64,000 nt of DNA from Eledone cirrhosa (GCA_964016885.1 OZ024745.1:129208001-129272000), one strand, 5' to 3'. Shown: positions 27,864 through 41,187, counted from the first letter of the stretch. Numbers and translations are program-made. Notes: generated by a model not told the origin, from the sequence alone.

Positions 27864-27872
<9 letters not shown>
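27328..27872. mobile_element. 411-bp near-perfect palindrome with long-stem-II hammerheads on both strands
   Basis: Arms 27462-27666 and 27668-27872 (205 bp each, 1-nt spacer, one mismatch seen). The minus-strand tail continues to 27328. Confidence 0.9.
27668..27815 (+). ncRNA. Type I hammerhead with ~115-nt stem II (mirror copy 27519-27666, minus)
   Basis: ATTATTT-CTGAAGA-[cGGcgTATATATGTGTTGG...CTAACACATATATAtCCta]-GAAAC-GATC-GTT-AAATAAT. Confidence 0.85.
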
Positions 27873-27932
<60 letters not shown>

Positions 27933-27978
27933 GTCAAATATGTAATATTTGTCTTCGTTTATTACAAATTATAGATAT

Positions 27979-28033
27979 ACTGCTATATATATTTCGGTGA
28001 CACCCATCATTGGCTGTGACCTCTTCAGGCAGT
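27979..28033 (-). ncRNA. Type I hammerhead within insert 27927-28163
   Basis: ACTGC-CTGAAGA-stem II-GAAA-TATATA-TA-GCAGT. Homologue of 1648-1702. Confidence 0.85.
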
Positions 28034-28169
28034 CTGAATTGGTGTGGGAAGGACAGGTACACATGTTGTTGAAGTGTGTTTTACTCCGTCAATACATCGA
28101 TATGTCCAGATCCTGGTTGTGTTGTTATTCCTCTGAGGAATAACCAACATATACTCAAAATTTATATAT

Positions 28170-28692
28170 ACACACTCAACCTCCGGAATCCACACGCACC
28201 CTCACCCACCCACTGACCCCTCTCCTGCCACACGCACGCACACACCGACTTACACCCCACGCATACCCCTTTTACTGAACATGGAACCTCGTTCTTTCTC
28301 TCACATACACACGCACACACACTCACGTACACCTACACACCTACACAAACACCACCTTCATCCTTCCCCGCTTCGACCCCCCCCTCCCCCCGCCTCCCTC
28401 GCCCAACTTCACCCGTCACCACCCTTACACGCCTCACACCCTTCCACCACTTGTTCATCTTATTGTTTATTCTTATGTTTATTTTACATTTATTTTTATT
28501 TTTATTTGTTCTCCTTCCCCCTTTTTTCTAAATGTATTTCCACACACCCTCGGAATCCTCTTCCTAACCTATTTACTCCTGAAGAAGGGCTTATGCCCGA
28601 AACGTCGTTCCCCATCCCCCCACTCAAAGAGCGTGAACCTAATAAACGCTTATTTGTCTGCCTCTCTGTTTTGTTGCCGTCTAAATTTGCAC
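28170..28692 (+). mobile_element. PLE-tail-like element with minimal hammerhead core (28579-28606)
   Basis: CTGAAGA-aGGGCttatGCCC-GAAACGTC with weak stem I. The tail 28612-28692 matches the reverse complement of 53168-53250. Confidence 0.65.
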
Positions 28693-28832
28693 TATATATA
28701 TATATATATATATATAGAATGGAAAACGAAAAATCAGTGATGCATCGGAACTCAATTTATTGTGTATTACAATTGTTTCTCAGGCGAACAGCTCGAGGAA
28801 CGATCTGTGTGTGGATCGACCTGACTCCGGAT

Positions 28833-28893
<61 letters not shown>

Positions 28894-29154
28894 TATATAT
28901 ATATATATATATATTAAAATAACAGATTAAAGTTTAAGCAAAGAATCGCTGCTTTCACCCTTAACGGGATCTTCTGAGACTAAAAGAATCAATCTGTGAA
29001 CGCAGAAGTAAATATTTCGAAAAACGTTGCAACCGAAGGAAGACAGGAAGACGATACTTTGGTTCGTAGAAACGTACCTTGGCAAACAACGGAAAAAAAA
29101 CGAAGATAGTACCTCATTACTTAGGAGTATCATCATTATTCTGTCCACTGGATT

Positions 29155-29345
29155 AGTGGATTGGCAGTATAGGTAGAGGGTCGGATGCCATGCTTTTGAC
29201 GCATAGAGTTACGGCCCTTGCTATTCTCAGTTCGAATCCCGCCGAGGTTAACTTTGCCTTTCATCCTTACGGGGTCGATCAAATAAAGTACCAGTAATGC
29301 ACTGAATAATTTGCTGGCCTTGTGCCTAAAGTAGAAACAATTATT
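29155..29345 (+). mobile_element. tRNA-derived SINE
   Basis: Family consensus. Confidence 0.9.
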
Positions 29346-29706
29346 TAGGAGTAGAATTGAGACCTATTGATACCCATACTCTCCCACCCACGGCCGGCTG
29401 CCTCTAACAGGGTAGTTGATGGTTAACTTCGGACTTGCCCCTGCGCAGACCGGTGGGGGGGGGGTGAATTGGGACTCACAAGGGAACGGGCGAAGAACTC
29501 AAGAGAACACGCTTTGTCCGTTCCCATGTCGATTCAATTTGGATTGCCTCGGAAACATAACCTTATTATGTAACAAGCTGTCTGGTGATGTCACGGCGCT
29601 GGGCGCACCGAACCCTGTGTCTACTGTCGTCATTGAAATATGTATCACAGCATTATCATTAACGGACTTTAAAATCTGAAACTACTTCGCTTTTTCTTAT
29701 TCTCTC

Positions 29707-29849
<143 letters not shown>

Positions 29850-30474
29850 CTGTTTTTAGCCTAAGAAAATATCTATATGCGTGTGTAATTAATACACGCA
29901 TGCATTTATTTTTTTTATTTCAATTGAGTTCTTAACACGTTGGATTGATAATGTTTTGAAAAAACTAATTAACCCGCGTGAATATTATTTTTTCTTTTCT
30001 CGTGTATTGGTTGTCTCCCCTTCCCGCTTCGTGACGCTATAATACTTCCTCAGTCAAAAACTGCTGGATTTTCAAATTTGGCGGTCATTCGATGCGTGAA
30101 GGAGAAGCTTAGCAGACACGATTTTTAACTGCGGTAAGAATTCTTTCTTATATCAAAGTTTAATGGGCTTCCACTGATGATTTATAAGCGCCCACCTAAA
30201 TATATTCTTACATGAATATATGTTAGGCTTCTACATAAGCTGTAAACATTCTCCTAATTTGTAGAAAACTTATAATGAAACAATTGTTTGGAAAGAGAGA
30301 TATATTTTAACTTTAATTATATCTCATAAAATAATACAACTGGCTTTCCACATAATACATATAGTTAGCACCCCAAACACTTAAATTGGGTTTATACTAA
30401 CATATAACCTAATGTTTGTTGAGTGAGATGGTTGCCAGTCAGAGTTTAGCTTTAAGCTATCTCTGTTATTGTAT

Positions 30475-30560
<86 letters not shown>

Positions 30561-30751
30561 TATATATATACACACGTATATATGTAAATATATATAGATA
30601 TTTATATAAGGATCTGTTTCGGCTGTATTTGTATGTATATATGTATGTATATATGTATGTATGCATGTATGTACGTACGTACGTATGTATGAATGTATGT
30701 ACGTATGTCTATATTTATGCATGCGTACAAATATATATATATATATATACA

Positions 30752-31362
30752 ATTTGCTAAACCTTGATTATATATGTTCTGGCTCGTTAATTTATTAACC
30801 TGCCATAGAACCACATTGGCATACGGTTGGATAATACATGTGTCCCTATATGCATTTTGTAGGTATGGAAACATACTTTATTATTATTAATCTCCCCTGG
30901 TCGAGATAACATTTTGGTCGTTTTAACTGCTGCTATTTCTAGTGGCAGTACATTGACCTTTCCGCCCCTGCCTTCTATCTTTACACACGGCAGTAGACAA
31001 AATTGTTTCTTCATCATACACTCTCATCCTGGAACAGTTCTGTATGGCGCCTGTTCGTGATTTGAACTCGGGAATTTTATATTCTCCGAGTGAGAAGAAA
31101 CCTCTGACGAAAGTCTTCTTCTCAATGGATTTTCTGCATGGATTATTCATTTATTTTGAGACTTCAAACCGCGCGGTAAGGTTAAATATAGTAGGTACAG
31201 TGAACTTTTTCAAATTCATTTTAAAACTTTTTCTTATTTGCTAAACCTTGATTATATATGTTCTGGCTCGTTAATTTATTAACCTGCCATAGAACCACAT
31301 TGGCATACGGTTGGATAATACATGTGTCCCTATATGCATTTTGCATGTAGGGAAACATACTT

Positions 31363-31368
<6 letters not shown>
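30752..31368 (+). mobile_element. Terminally redundant 484-bp unit with one hammerhead (retrozyme-like or tandem pLTR)
   Basis: ~133-bp direct repeats at 30752-30885 and 31236-31368. AACCT-CTGACGA-AAGTCT...AGACTT-CAAAC-CGCGCG-GTA-AGGTT at 31099-31183. Confidence 0.75.
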
Positions 31369-31407
<39 letters not shown>

Positions 31408-31429
31408 AGTATGTATGTATTTTTATACG

Positions 31430-31710
31430 TCTGAATTTGTGCATTATTGGATAAACATGTTGTAAGTATCTTTAGAAGGATATCTGATGAACGTAACACT
31501 TTAACAGGCAGCTTGACATCAGTCGAAATCCTTTGTGACACAGTTGAAGTGACATTACCGAATGACATAGTGACGTGGGATTTAAAGATTATCAGCTCAC
31601 CATTTCCAATGCACCAATCTTCTTTGAGTTTACTTCCAAATTCTGAAATCGTCCGTTTTATTTCGGCTGTGGTTAAAAAAGTGAGGATACTTGTGAGGAA
31701 GCCGCGTGTG
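31430..31710 (-). pseudogene. Penelope/Poseidon-like RT N-terminal fragment
   Basis: FLTSILTFLTTAEIKRTISEFGSKLKEDWCIGNGELIIFKSHVTMSFGNVTS...SSDILLKILTTCLSNN resembles the PLE RT region around the DV.SLFTNV motif. Confidence 0.55.
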
Positions 31711-31797
31711 TGATTATATTTGTGCGTGTGTAAGAGAGTATTAATTCATGTGATGATATATATATGTGTGTGTTTGTGTGAGGCTGTGAGTGTGGAC

Positions 31798-31861
<64 letters not shown>

Positions 31862-31897
31862 CTCTATATATCTATTTATCTATCTATCTATCTACAC

Positions 31898-32016
<119 letters not shown>

Positions 32017-32118
32017 TATACATATATATACATATATACATATATATATATATATGTATGTAGATATACATATGTATACATACACACACACATATATATA
32101 TAAATATATAAATATATG

Positions 32119-32199
<81 letters not shown>

Positions 32200-33051
32200 G
32201 AGATCTTTATTCTTCCAGTCATGGGAAGAAGGAAAAATTCAGATTAAGCAAGCGGTAATTCAAAGAGACAATGGATCTTGGCAGATTTTGTCGAAATACC
32301 ATTTCAAAGAGTACAGTTGCGCCTTTGGAGAAAATCAGGTTTGGTGTCTGTCGGCTTCTTATGGCACCGTTTGGATGTTTGTTATTCAGATTGTAAGATT
32401 CAGATTTATGTTCGTCTTTTTCTCTTATTTTCCTTGCTGATGTTGTTGGTGTTGTTGAGGTTGTTGGTGTTGTTGTTGTTGTTGTTGGTGTTGTTGGTGT
32501 TGTTGTTGTTGTTATTGTTGCAGTTGTTGCTTGTTTTTGTTGTTGCAGTTATGATTTAATGTTGACGTGTTTGTGATTATTGCTACTCTAATAGAAGTGG
32601 TCATGTTTATGGTGAGTCTCAGCTGCTGTCTGTATTGTGTTGGTAGTAGTGTTAGTTGAGGGTTTATTTTGATAGCTCGTGAAGGGGTAGGGCTATATAT
32701 AGAACAGACACACACGCACATACACACATATACACACACATACACATTCACACTCACAGACACATACACACACACACACATACATACACATACACTCACA
32801 CTTACATACTCACACATACACATACACACAGTCACACTCACTGACACACACTCACATACACATACACACACACACACTCAGTCAGATACACCACCCACAC
32901 ACACAGTCACACACACTCACACGCACACTCACACTCACACACACAGTCACACATTCGCTTCCACACACGCACACTCACACACACACACGCACTCATACAT
33001 CGCAGACATACACAAGCTGTCACACTCACACACACACATTATATACATGCA

Positions 33052-33241
33052 GTGGATTGCCAGTATCGGTAGAGGGTCGAACACCATGCTTTAAAGCATA
33101 GAGTTACGGCCCTTTAGTGTCTGAGTTAAATTCCCGCAGAGGTTAACTTTACCTTTCATATCCATACGGGGTCGATAAAATAAAGTACCAGTAATGTACT
33201 GAGATAATTTGCCGAACTTGTGCCAAAAGTAGAAATAATTA
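33052..33241 (+). mobile_element. tRNA-derived SINE
   Basis: Family consensus. Confidence 0.9.
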
Positions 33242-33459
33242 CATACATATGTCAAACCCCACCAACTTCTATCTCTAATTAACCCCCTCCCACTTCACCC
33301 ATACCACCAAACACTCCATCCCCTACACCCAATTCCTACATGGCGGCTCTGAAGCCAGGACCTTGATTTCGTGATTCACTTCGAAAGCATTGCATATCTC
33401 TTCAACCAGCCTGGATATTCACCCCACGTTGATCCAAGCTGGTCTTACTCGCACCCTTA

Positions 33460-35045
33460 CTCAACACCAACACCACTACCACAACTACTACTACTATCAC
33501 CAACACACGAGACCACAACAGACAACCTTACCAACACCAACACCACTACCACCACTACCACAACTATCACCAACACACCAGACCACAACAGACAGCCTTA
33601 CCAACACTTCCACTGCCACCACTACCACAACTACTACTACTATCACCAACACACCAGACCACAACATACAACCTTACCAACACCAACACCACTACCACCA
33701 CTACCACAACTATCACCAACACACCAGACCACAACAGACAGCCTTACCAACACTTCCACTGCCACCACTACCACAACTACTACTACTATCACCAACACAC
33801 CAGACCACAACATACAACCTTACCAACAGCAACACCACTACCACAACTATCACCAACACACCAGACCACAACAGACAGCCTTACCAACACTTCCACTGCC
33901 ACCACTACCACAACTACTACTACTATCACCAACACACCAGACCACAACATACAACCTTACCAACACCAACACCACTACCACCACTACCACAACTATCACC
34001 AACACACCAGACCACAAAAGACAGCCTTACCAACACTTCCACTGCCACCACTACCACAACTACTACTACTATCACCAACACACCAGACCACAACATACAA
34101 CCTTACCAACAGCAACACCACTACCACAACTATCACCAACACACCAGACCACAACAGACAGCCTTACCAACACTTCCACTGCCACCACTACCACAACTAC
34201 TACTACTATCACCAACACACCAGACCACAACATACAACCTTACCAACACCAACACCACTACCACCACTACCACAACTATCACCAACACACCAGACCACAA
34301 AAGACAGCCTTACCAACACTTCCACTGCCACCACTACCACAACTACTACTACTATCACCAACACACCAGACCACAACATACAACCTTACCAACAGCAACA
34401 CCACTACCACAACTATCACCAACACACCAGACCACAACAGACAGCCTTACCAACACTTCCACTGCCACCACTACCACAACTACTACTACTATCACCAACA
34501 CACCAGACCACAACATACAACCTTACCAACACCAACACCACTACCACCACTACCACAACTATCACCAACACACGAGACCACAAAAGACAGCCTTACCAAC
34601 ACTTCCACTGCCACCACTACCACAACTACTACTACTATCACCAACACACCAGACCACAACATACAACCTTACCAACACCAACACCACTACCACCACTACC
34701 ACAACTATCACCAACACACGAGACCACAACAGACAGCCTTACCAACACTTCCACTGCCACCACTACCACAACTACTACTACTATCACCAACACACCAGAC
34801 CACAACAGACAACCTCACCAACACCAACACCACTACCACCACTACCACAACTATCACCAACACACGAGACCACAACAGACAGCCTTACCAACACTTCCAC
34901 TGCCACCACTACCACAACTACTACTACTATCACCAACACACCAGACCACAACAGACAACCTCACCAACACCAACACCACTACCACCACTACCACAACTAC
35001 TACTATTATCACCACCAACACCACCACCATCACCACCACCACCAA
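33460..35045. repeat. C/A-rich minisatellite with higher-order structure
   Basis: Alternating 76-bp and 70- or 61-bp units. A 283-bp period is visible at 33569, 33852, 34135 and 34418. Confidence 0.9.
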
Positions 35046-35199
35046 AACTACCTGTCCACCAGCCAGAACACAACTAAACACTCCATCCATCATCTCTAGC
35101 ACACCCTATTACTCGAGTCTGCCCCTTGCTAAATTAAATGTGTTACTCCTGTAAGCGACATGGTGTCGAATTATTGCCGACATTCAGACATTTTCGGGT

Positions 35200-37105
35200 G
35201 GGTGGTTATGGTGGTTGTAGTGGTGGTTGTAGTGGTAGTTATGGTGGTTGTAGTGGTGGTTGTAGTGGTGGTTGTAGTGGTGGTTGTAGTGGTGGTTGTA
35301 GTGGTAGTTATGGTGGTTGTAGTGGTGGTTGTAGTGGTGGTTGTAGTGGTAGTTATGGTGGTTGTAGTGGTGGTTGTAGTGGTGGTTGTAGTGGTGGTTG
35401 TAGTGGTGGTTGTAGTGGTGGTTATGGTCGTTGTAGTGGTGGTTGTAGTGGTGGTTGTAGTGGTGGTTATGGTGGTTGTTATGGTGGTTGTAGTGGTGGT
35501 TGTAGTTGGTTGTAGTGGTGGTTATGGTGGTTGTAGTGGTGGTTGTAGTGGTGGTTATGGTGGTTGTAGTGGTGGTTGTAGTGGTGGTTGTAGTGGTGGT
35601 TGTAGTGGTGGTTGTAGTGGTGGCTTTGTAAATGTTGCTAATTGTAGTTGTGGCTGTAGTTGTGTGGTTGCTGTTTATGGTGGATTTGATGGTGGGTGTG
35701 ATGGTGGGTGTGATGGTGGGTGTGATGGTGGGTATGATGGTGGGTGTGATGGTGGGTGTGATGGTGGGTGTGATGGTGGGTGTGATGGTGGGTGTGATAG
35801 TGGGTTTGGTTGTGGGTTTGATGGTGGGTGTGATGGTGGGTGTGATGGTGGGTGTGATGGTGGGTGTGATGGTGGGTGTGATGGTGGGTGTGATGGTGGG
35901 TGTGATGGTGGGTGTGATGGTGGGTTTGGTTGTGGGTTTGATGGTGGGTGTGATGGTGGGTGTGATGGTGGGTGTGATGGTGGGTGTGATGGTGGGTGTG
36001 ATGGTGGGTGTGATGGTGGATTTGATGGTGGGTGTGATGGTGGGTGTGATGGTGGGTGTGATGGTGGGTGTGATGGTGGGTGTGATGGTGGGTGTGATGG
36101 TGGGTGTGATGGTGGGTGTGATGGTGGGTTTGGTTGTGGGTTTGATGGTGGGTGTGATGGTGGGTTTGGTTGTGGGTTTGATGGTGGGTGTGATGGTGGG
36201 TGTGATGGTGGGTGTGATGGTGGGTGTGATGGTGTGTGTGATGGTGGGTGTGATGGTGGGTGTGATGGCGGGCGTGATGGTGGGTGTGATGGTGGGTGTG
36301 ATGGTGGGTGTGATGGTGGGTTTGGTTGTGGGTTTGATGGTGGGTGTGATGGTGGGTGTGATGGTGGGTGTGATGGTGGGTGTGATGGTGGGTGTGATGG
36401 TGTGTGTGATGGTGGGTGTGATGGTGGGTGTGATGGTGGGTGTGATGGTGGATTTGATGGTGGGTGTGATGGTGGGTGTGATGGTGGGTGTGATGGTGGG
36501 TGTGATGGTGGGTGTGATGGTGGGTGTGATGGTGGGTTTGGTTGTGGGTTTGATGGTGGGTGTGATGGTGGGTTTGGTTGTGGGTTTGATGGTGGGTGTG
36601 ATGGTTGGTGTGATGGTGGGTGTGATGGTGGGTGTGATGGTGTGTGTGATGGTGGGTGTGATGGTGGGTGTGATGGCGGGCGTGATGGTGGGTGTGATGG
36701 TGGGTGTGATGGTGGGTGTGATGGTGGGTGTGATGGTGGGTGTGATGGTGGGTGTGATGGTGGCTTTGGTGGTGGGTTTGATGGTGGGTGTGATGGTGGG
36801 TGTGATGGCGGGTTTGATGGTAGGTGTGATGGTGGGTGTGATGGTGGGTGTGATGGTGGGTGTGATGGTGGGTGTGATGGTGGGTGTGATGGTGGGTGTG
36901 ATGGTGGGTGTGATGGTGGGTGTGATGGTGGGTGTGATGGTGGGTGTGATGGTGGGTGTGATGGTGGGTGTGATGGTGGGTGTGATGGTGGCTTTGGTGG
37001 TGGGTTTGATGGTGGGTGTGATGGTGGGTGTGATGGTGGGTGTGATGATGGGTGTGATGGTGGGTGTGATGGTGGGTGTGATGGTGGGTGTGATGGTGGG
37101 TGTTA
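35200..37105. repeat. Two adjacent 12-bp satellites: (GGTGGTTGTAGT)n then (GATGGTGGGTGT)n
   Basis: Arrays at 35200-35625 and 35680-37105, with an inverted copy of the second at 37603-37753. Confidence 0.95.
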
Positions 37106-37235
37106 TGTATGTATTTGGGTAGAGGAGCCTGTTCGAAAAATATATTGCAGTCTTCACAGGGTAGGACTCAGTGGAGTTATAGGGCAAAGAGGTCAATTTC
37201 CTCGAACCCTCTGTAGTGGGAGGTCCCTTAGGCGT

Positions 37236-37528
37236 ACCGATAAAGTACCAGTAATACATTGGTGTCATTTTAATTGACTTTACCCTTCCGTAAAAACTGT
37301 TGGCCTTGTGCCTAAATATGAAACCATTTTTTCGTGTTTTTAAGAGCGTTGGATTGGCGGTATCGGTAGAACGTCTGTCAATATGCTTTGTGTCATACTA
37401 TTATGGCCCTTTACGTTCTGTGTTCAAATCCCGCCGAGGTTAACTTTGCATTTCATTTTTACGGGGTCGATAAATTAAAGTACACTGGGCTTATTGCTGG
37501 CCTTGTGCTCCAAGTAGAAACAATTATT
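37236..37528 (+). mobile_element. Partial plus full tRNA-derived SINE
   Basis: Family consensus. Confidence 0.85.
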
Positions 37529-37754
37529 ATTGCTATATTCACGGTTTTTGTTGAAATCCCCTTCTCTTTAGTTGATGCACATCCCACCCTTTACTGATTT
37601 TAAACCCACCATCAAACCCACCATCACACCCACTATCAAACCCGCCATCACACCCACCATCACACCCACCATCAAACCCACCACCAAACCCATCATCACA
37701 CCCACCATCACACCCACTATCAAACACGCCATCACACCCACCATCACACCCACA

Positions 37755-39795
37755 AGCTGGTGGAAAGAGAGAGGTGTGGGGTTGCATAGATCACCTACTA
37801 ACTAATAAAATGATTCAAGAAAAAAGAAGAAAGAATCGCAGAAACATGACTGTGGTGTGGCTGGACTATGAAAAAGAATTTCATAGTGTACCTCATGGGT
37901 GGATTGTTAAGGCTTTACAGTTAGCCAAAGTCCCACAACCACTGGTAGCTGCTGTTGAACGTCTGACCAAGAACTGGTGCACCAGTTTGATCCTTAGAGG
38001 TGAGAAGGAGCAAGTTAAGACTGATAGGATACATTACCAGAAGGGCATCTTTCAGGGTGATAGCTTGTCAGTGCTACTCTTCGTTCTCTCACTAAATCCA
38101 CTATCTTACCTACTCAGGAAACAAGGTGGACAAAGAAGTGGGTCAAGAAGTATCTCCCATCTTTTCTTTGTTGATGACCTGAAGTTGTATGGGCCAAATA
38201 TCAATGACATCACGAAACAATTGGACCTCATTACACAATTTTTAACAGACATCAAAATGAAATTTGGTGAGTCCAAATGTGCATATTTGGCAGTAAAACG
38301 TGGAAGAGCTGTGCCGTCCTCTAGAAATCTAGAGATGAACGTCCTGACAATACAACCTCTACAGTCAGGTGACAACTACAGATATCTTGGACAGGATGAG
38401 AATGTCAGATATGATGGACCCATAAATGAGGAGAGAACCAGAACTGAATACCTCAGAAGAGTAAAGAAAATATGTTCATCAGAACTGTCAGCGTACAACA
38501 AATACATTGCCCACAATACTTATGCTGTGCCAATTCTAACGCCAACTTTTGGTCAGCTGAACTGGTCATTGCAAGAACTAAGTGAGATGGATGTTAGAAC
38601 TCGCAAACTTCTCAGTGTTACTGGGAACTTTAACATCAATGGTGATGTGGATAGGCTATACTTCTCACGCAAGGAAGGTGGCCGGGGTCTAAAATCCATA
38701 TTAACATCATATGAGACCCGAATAGTAACACTGAAGCAACATCTTCAACATAGGAAAAAAGTTGGCAACCATCTTGCCCAGGTTTATGAGCATGAAAAAA
38801 ATATATCATTAGAATAGCCACTGATCTTGAGGAGAGATATGGAATAAAGCCTGATATAAATCTCTCACCCAGAGAAATCGGAAGATCCTATTCAATGTTC
38901 AAACAAGATGAAAAAATTGACCAATTTACAGAAAAAGTTGTGCATGGATACTTGAGACGTAAAACACAGACAAACACAGACGTAAAACATAGTGGATAAA
39001 CCACTCAAAAAGCCTGGCATGGAGTTTCGACAAGTTTATGACATCACACCTTGAAGAATATCTCTATGCAATGCAGGAACAAGAACTCCCTACCAAATAT
39101 CTGCTGCACAAAGGGGGAGGACCATCAGCTGACAATAAATGTAGGCTATGTAAAACAAAGATCGAGGATGTAAGCCACATTGTTGCCAGCTGCGAAAGAA
39201 TGTCATCTCGCTACTACCTCACCATAAGACACGATGGGATAGCTAGAACCATCTAGAACGCACTTTGGAAAACAAAATTAACAAAAAACGAGGAAGAATA
39301 TATTGAGACAGATGGCACTAAGCAATACTGGTGGAACCTGAAAATAAAAACTGCCACCAAATTAAAGCACAACCGGCCTGATATTGTTGTTTGGGACCAC
39401 ACATTGTAAACGTGTTCTGTTGTGGAGATCAGCTGCCCACTTGATGTAAACGTTGTCAGAAACATACAGGAGAAGGAGGACATCTAGGGACCATTGATGG
39501 GGAGTTTACAAATCCATTATCCAAGATACACCTTTAGCTTCATACCCATCATTATTGGAGCTACGGGTTATATACCCACCCGCTTGGACCAAAGTATCAC
39601 TGAACTTGGATTTGCGGACAAAGAACGCAGCTCCCTAATTCATAGTCTACAAATCGCTGCGATAGCTGGCACCTTCAAAATTTGCAAAACATTCTTGCGA
39701 TTCAAGGGATGACAATTTCTTTTCTTTTACAACCTTGCCACTAGGAAGGTGGCCGGTCAAAACATATATACTCGAAATTAAGAGAAATAGATAAC
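37755..39795 (+). mobile_element. 5'-truncated R4/Dong-like non-LTR retrotransposon (RT, CCHC, restriction-like endonuclease), disrupted
   Basis: WLDYEKEFHSVPH, GIFQGDSLS, HLFFVDDLKLY, YRYLG, EGGRGL; CRLC...SHIVASC, RHDGIA; NRPDIVVWD...VEISCP. Contains stops and frameshifts, and is followed by (TACA)n. Confidence 0.9.
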
Positions 39796-39825
39796 CTACA
39801 TACATACATTCATACATACATACAT

Positions 39826-39970
39826 AGACTACAAATGGCTGCGATAGCTGGCACCCTCAACATTTGCAAAACATTCTTGCAATACAATGGATGACAATTT
39901 CTTTTCTTTTACAACCTTGCCACCAGGAAGGTAGCCGGTCAAAAAGTACTAGAAATTAAGACAAAGTGAA
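39826..39970 (+). mobile_element. Second, diverged 3' end of the same R4-like family
   Basis: Diverged duplicate of ~39643-39790. Confidence 0.85.
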
Positions 39971-41152
39971 ACATATATGAAGGAGTCCCTTGTTGGTGGA
40001 CCCCAAAATACGACCCATCAAGCAAACCCGACGCAATGCCAAGGTATTTTGGTTTGGCAAAGGTTACCTTCCAGGTCGTAGTTTCATGTGAACTCTATAT
40101 GCAATGTTTTGTCAATATTTAAGTTTATCGTGTAAACGTTAACTTTGATTAAATCGCAGAACTTTCGTTAGCTGAAAGTGAGATGGACGCACATACACAC
40201 ACGCACACACACACACACATACACACTCAGACGTACACACAGACACGCACACACACTCACAAACACACAAACACACTCAGACACACACACAGACACGCAC
40301 ACACACACACTCAGACGTACACACTCAGACACACATACAGACACGCACACACACATACTCAGACGTACACACTCAGACACGCACACACACACACACACAC
40401 ATACTCAAACGTACACACTGAGACACACACACATACACGCACACGCACACAGACAGAGACACACACACATACACACATTCACACGCACATACACATGCGC
40501 GCACACTCAGAGGTACACACTCAGACAGAGACACAGACACGCATACACACACAAATATACGCACACGTACAGACACGCACACACACAAACATACGCACAA
40601 ACACTCGCACACGCACACGTACACATATACACGCATACTCAAACGCCCGCACACACATACGTTCACCCACATACACACACACGCACACATACACACATAG
40701 ACACAGACACACACAAATACACACGCACACACGTATGCACACACACACACACACGCACCCAAACACGTGCTAACAGATTCATAAGTATTCATCTATCAAC
40801 ATATTAAGAATCGTTACAATGGAATTTCTACGCGCTCGCTCAGTCTGCTAGAAATGACAGTCAAATCTCCCTCAAATCACACCATTCCGCCATAACAGAG
40901 GAAAGGAAGCAATAATTAATGTAGTCCATCATACATTTAAGAAACGACGAGATGTATATGGCTAATATATATATATTTTATAGTAAGACTGATCAACTAA
41001 AGATTGAGCTGGGACTGAACATCGTCATCATCATCATCGGCATCATCGGCATCATCGTCCATCATCGTCATCACCCCCTCTCCTCTTCCATTCTCCGCTT
41101 CATCATCATATGGTGTAGAATCACGTATTTAAATATATACAGGTGATATAAC

Positions 41153-41187
<35 letters not shown>

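Noticed and set aside
28945-28982. Minus-strand CAGAAGA-CCC/GGG-GAAAG hammerhead-like motif
   Set aside because: U4 is altered and stems I and III are unconvincing.
29350-29690. Possible LINE 5' UTR with an HDV-like ribozyme
   Set aside because: GC-rich, but I could not assemble the nested double pseudoknot by eye.
32290-32385. Minus-strand CHKKPTDTK resembling a PLE thumb motif
   Set aside because: Too short, with no supporting flanking motifs.
33371-37277. ORFs of 496-705 aa (Thr/His/Pro-rich; GGCD, ITPT and VGVM repeats)
   Set aside because: Open in several frames and on both strands because the satellite units lack stops. No unique domain or splice context.
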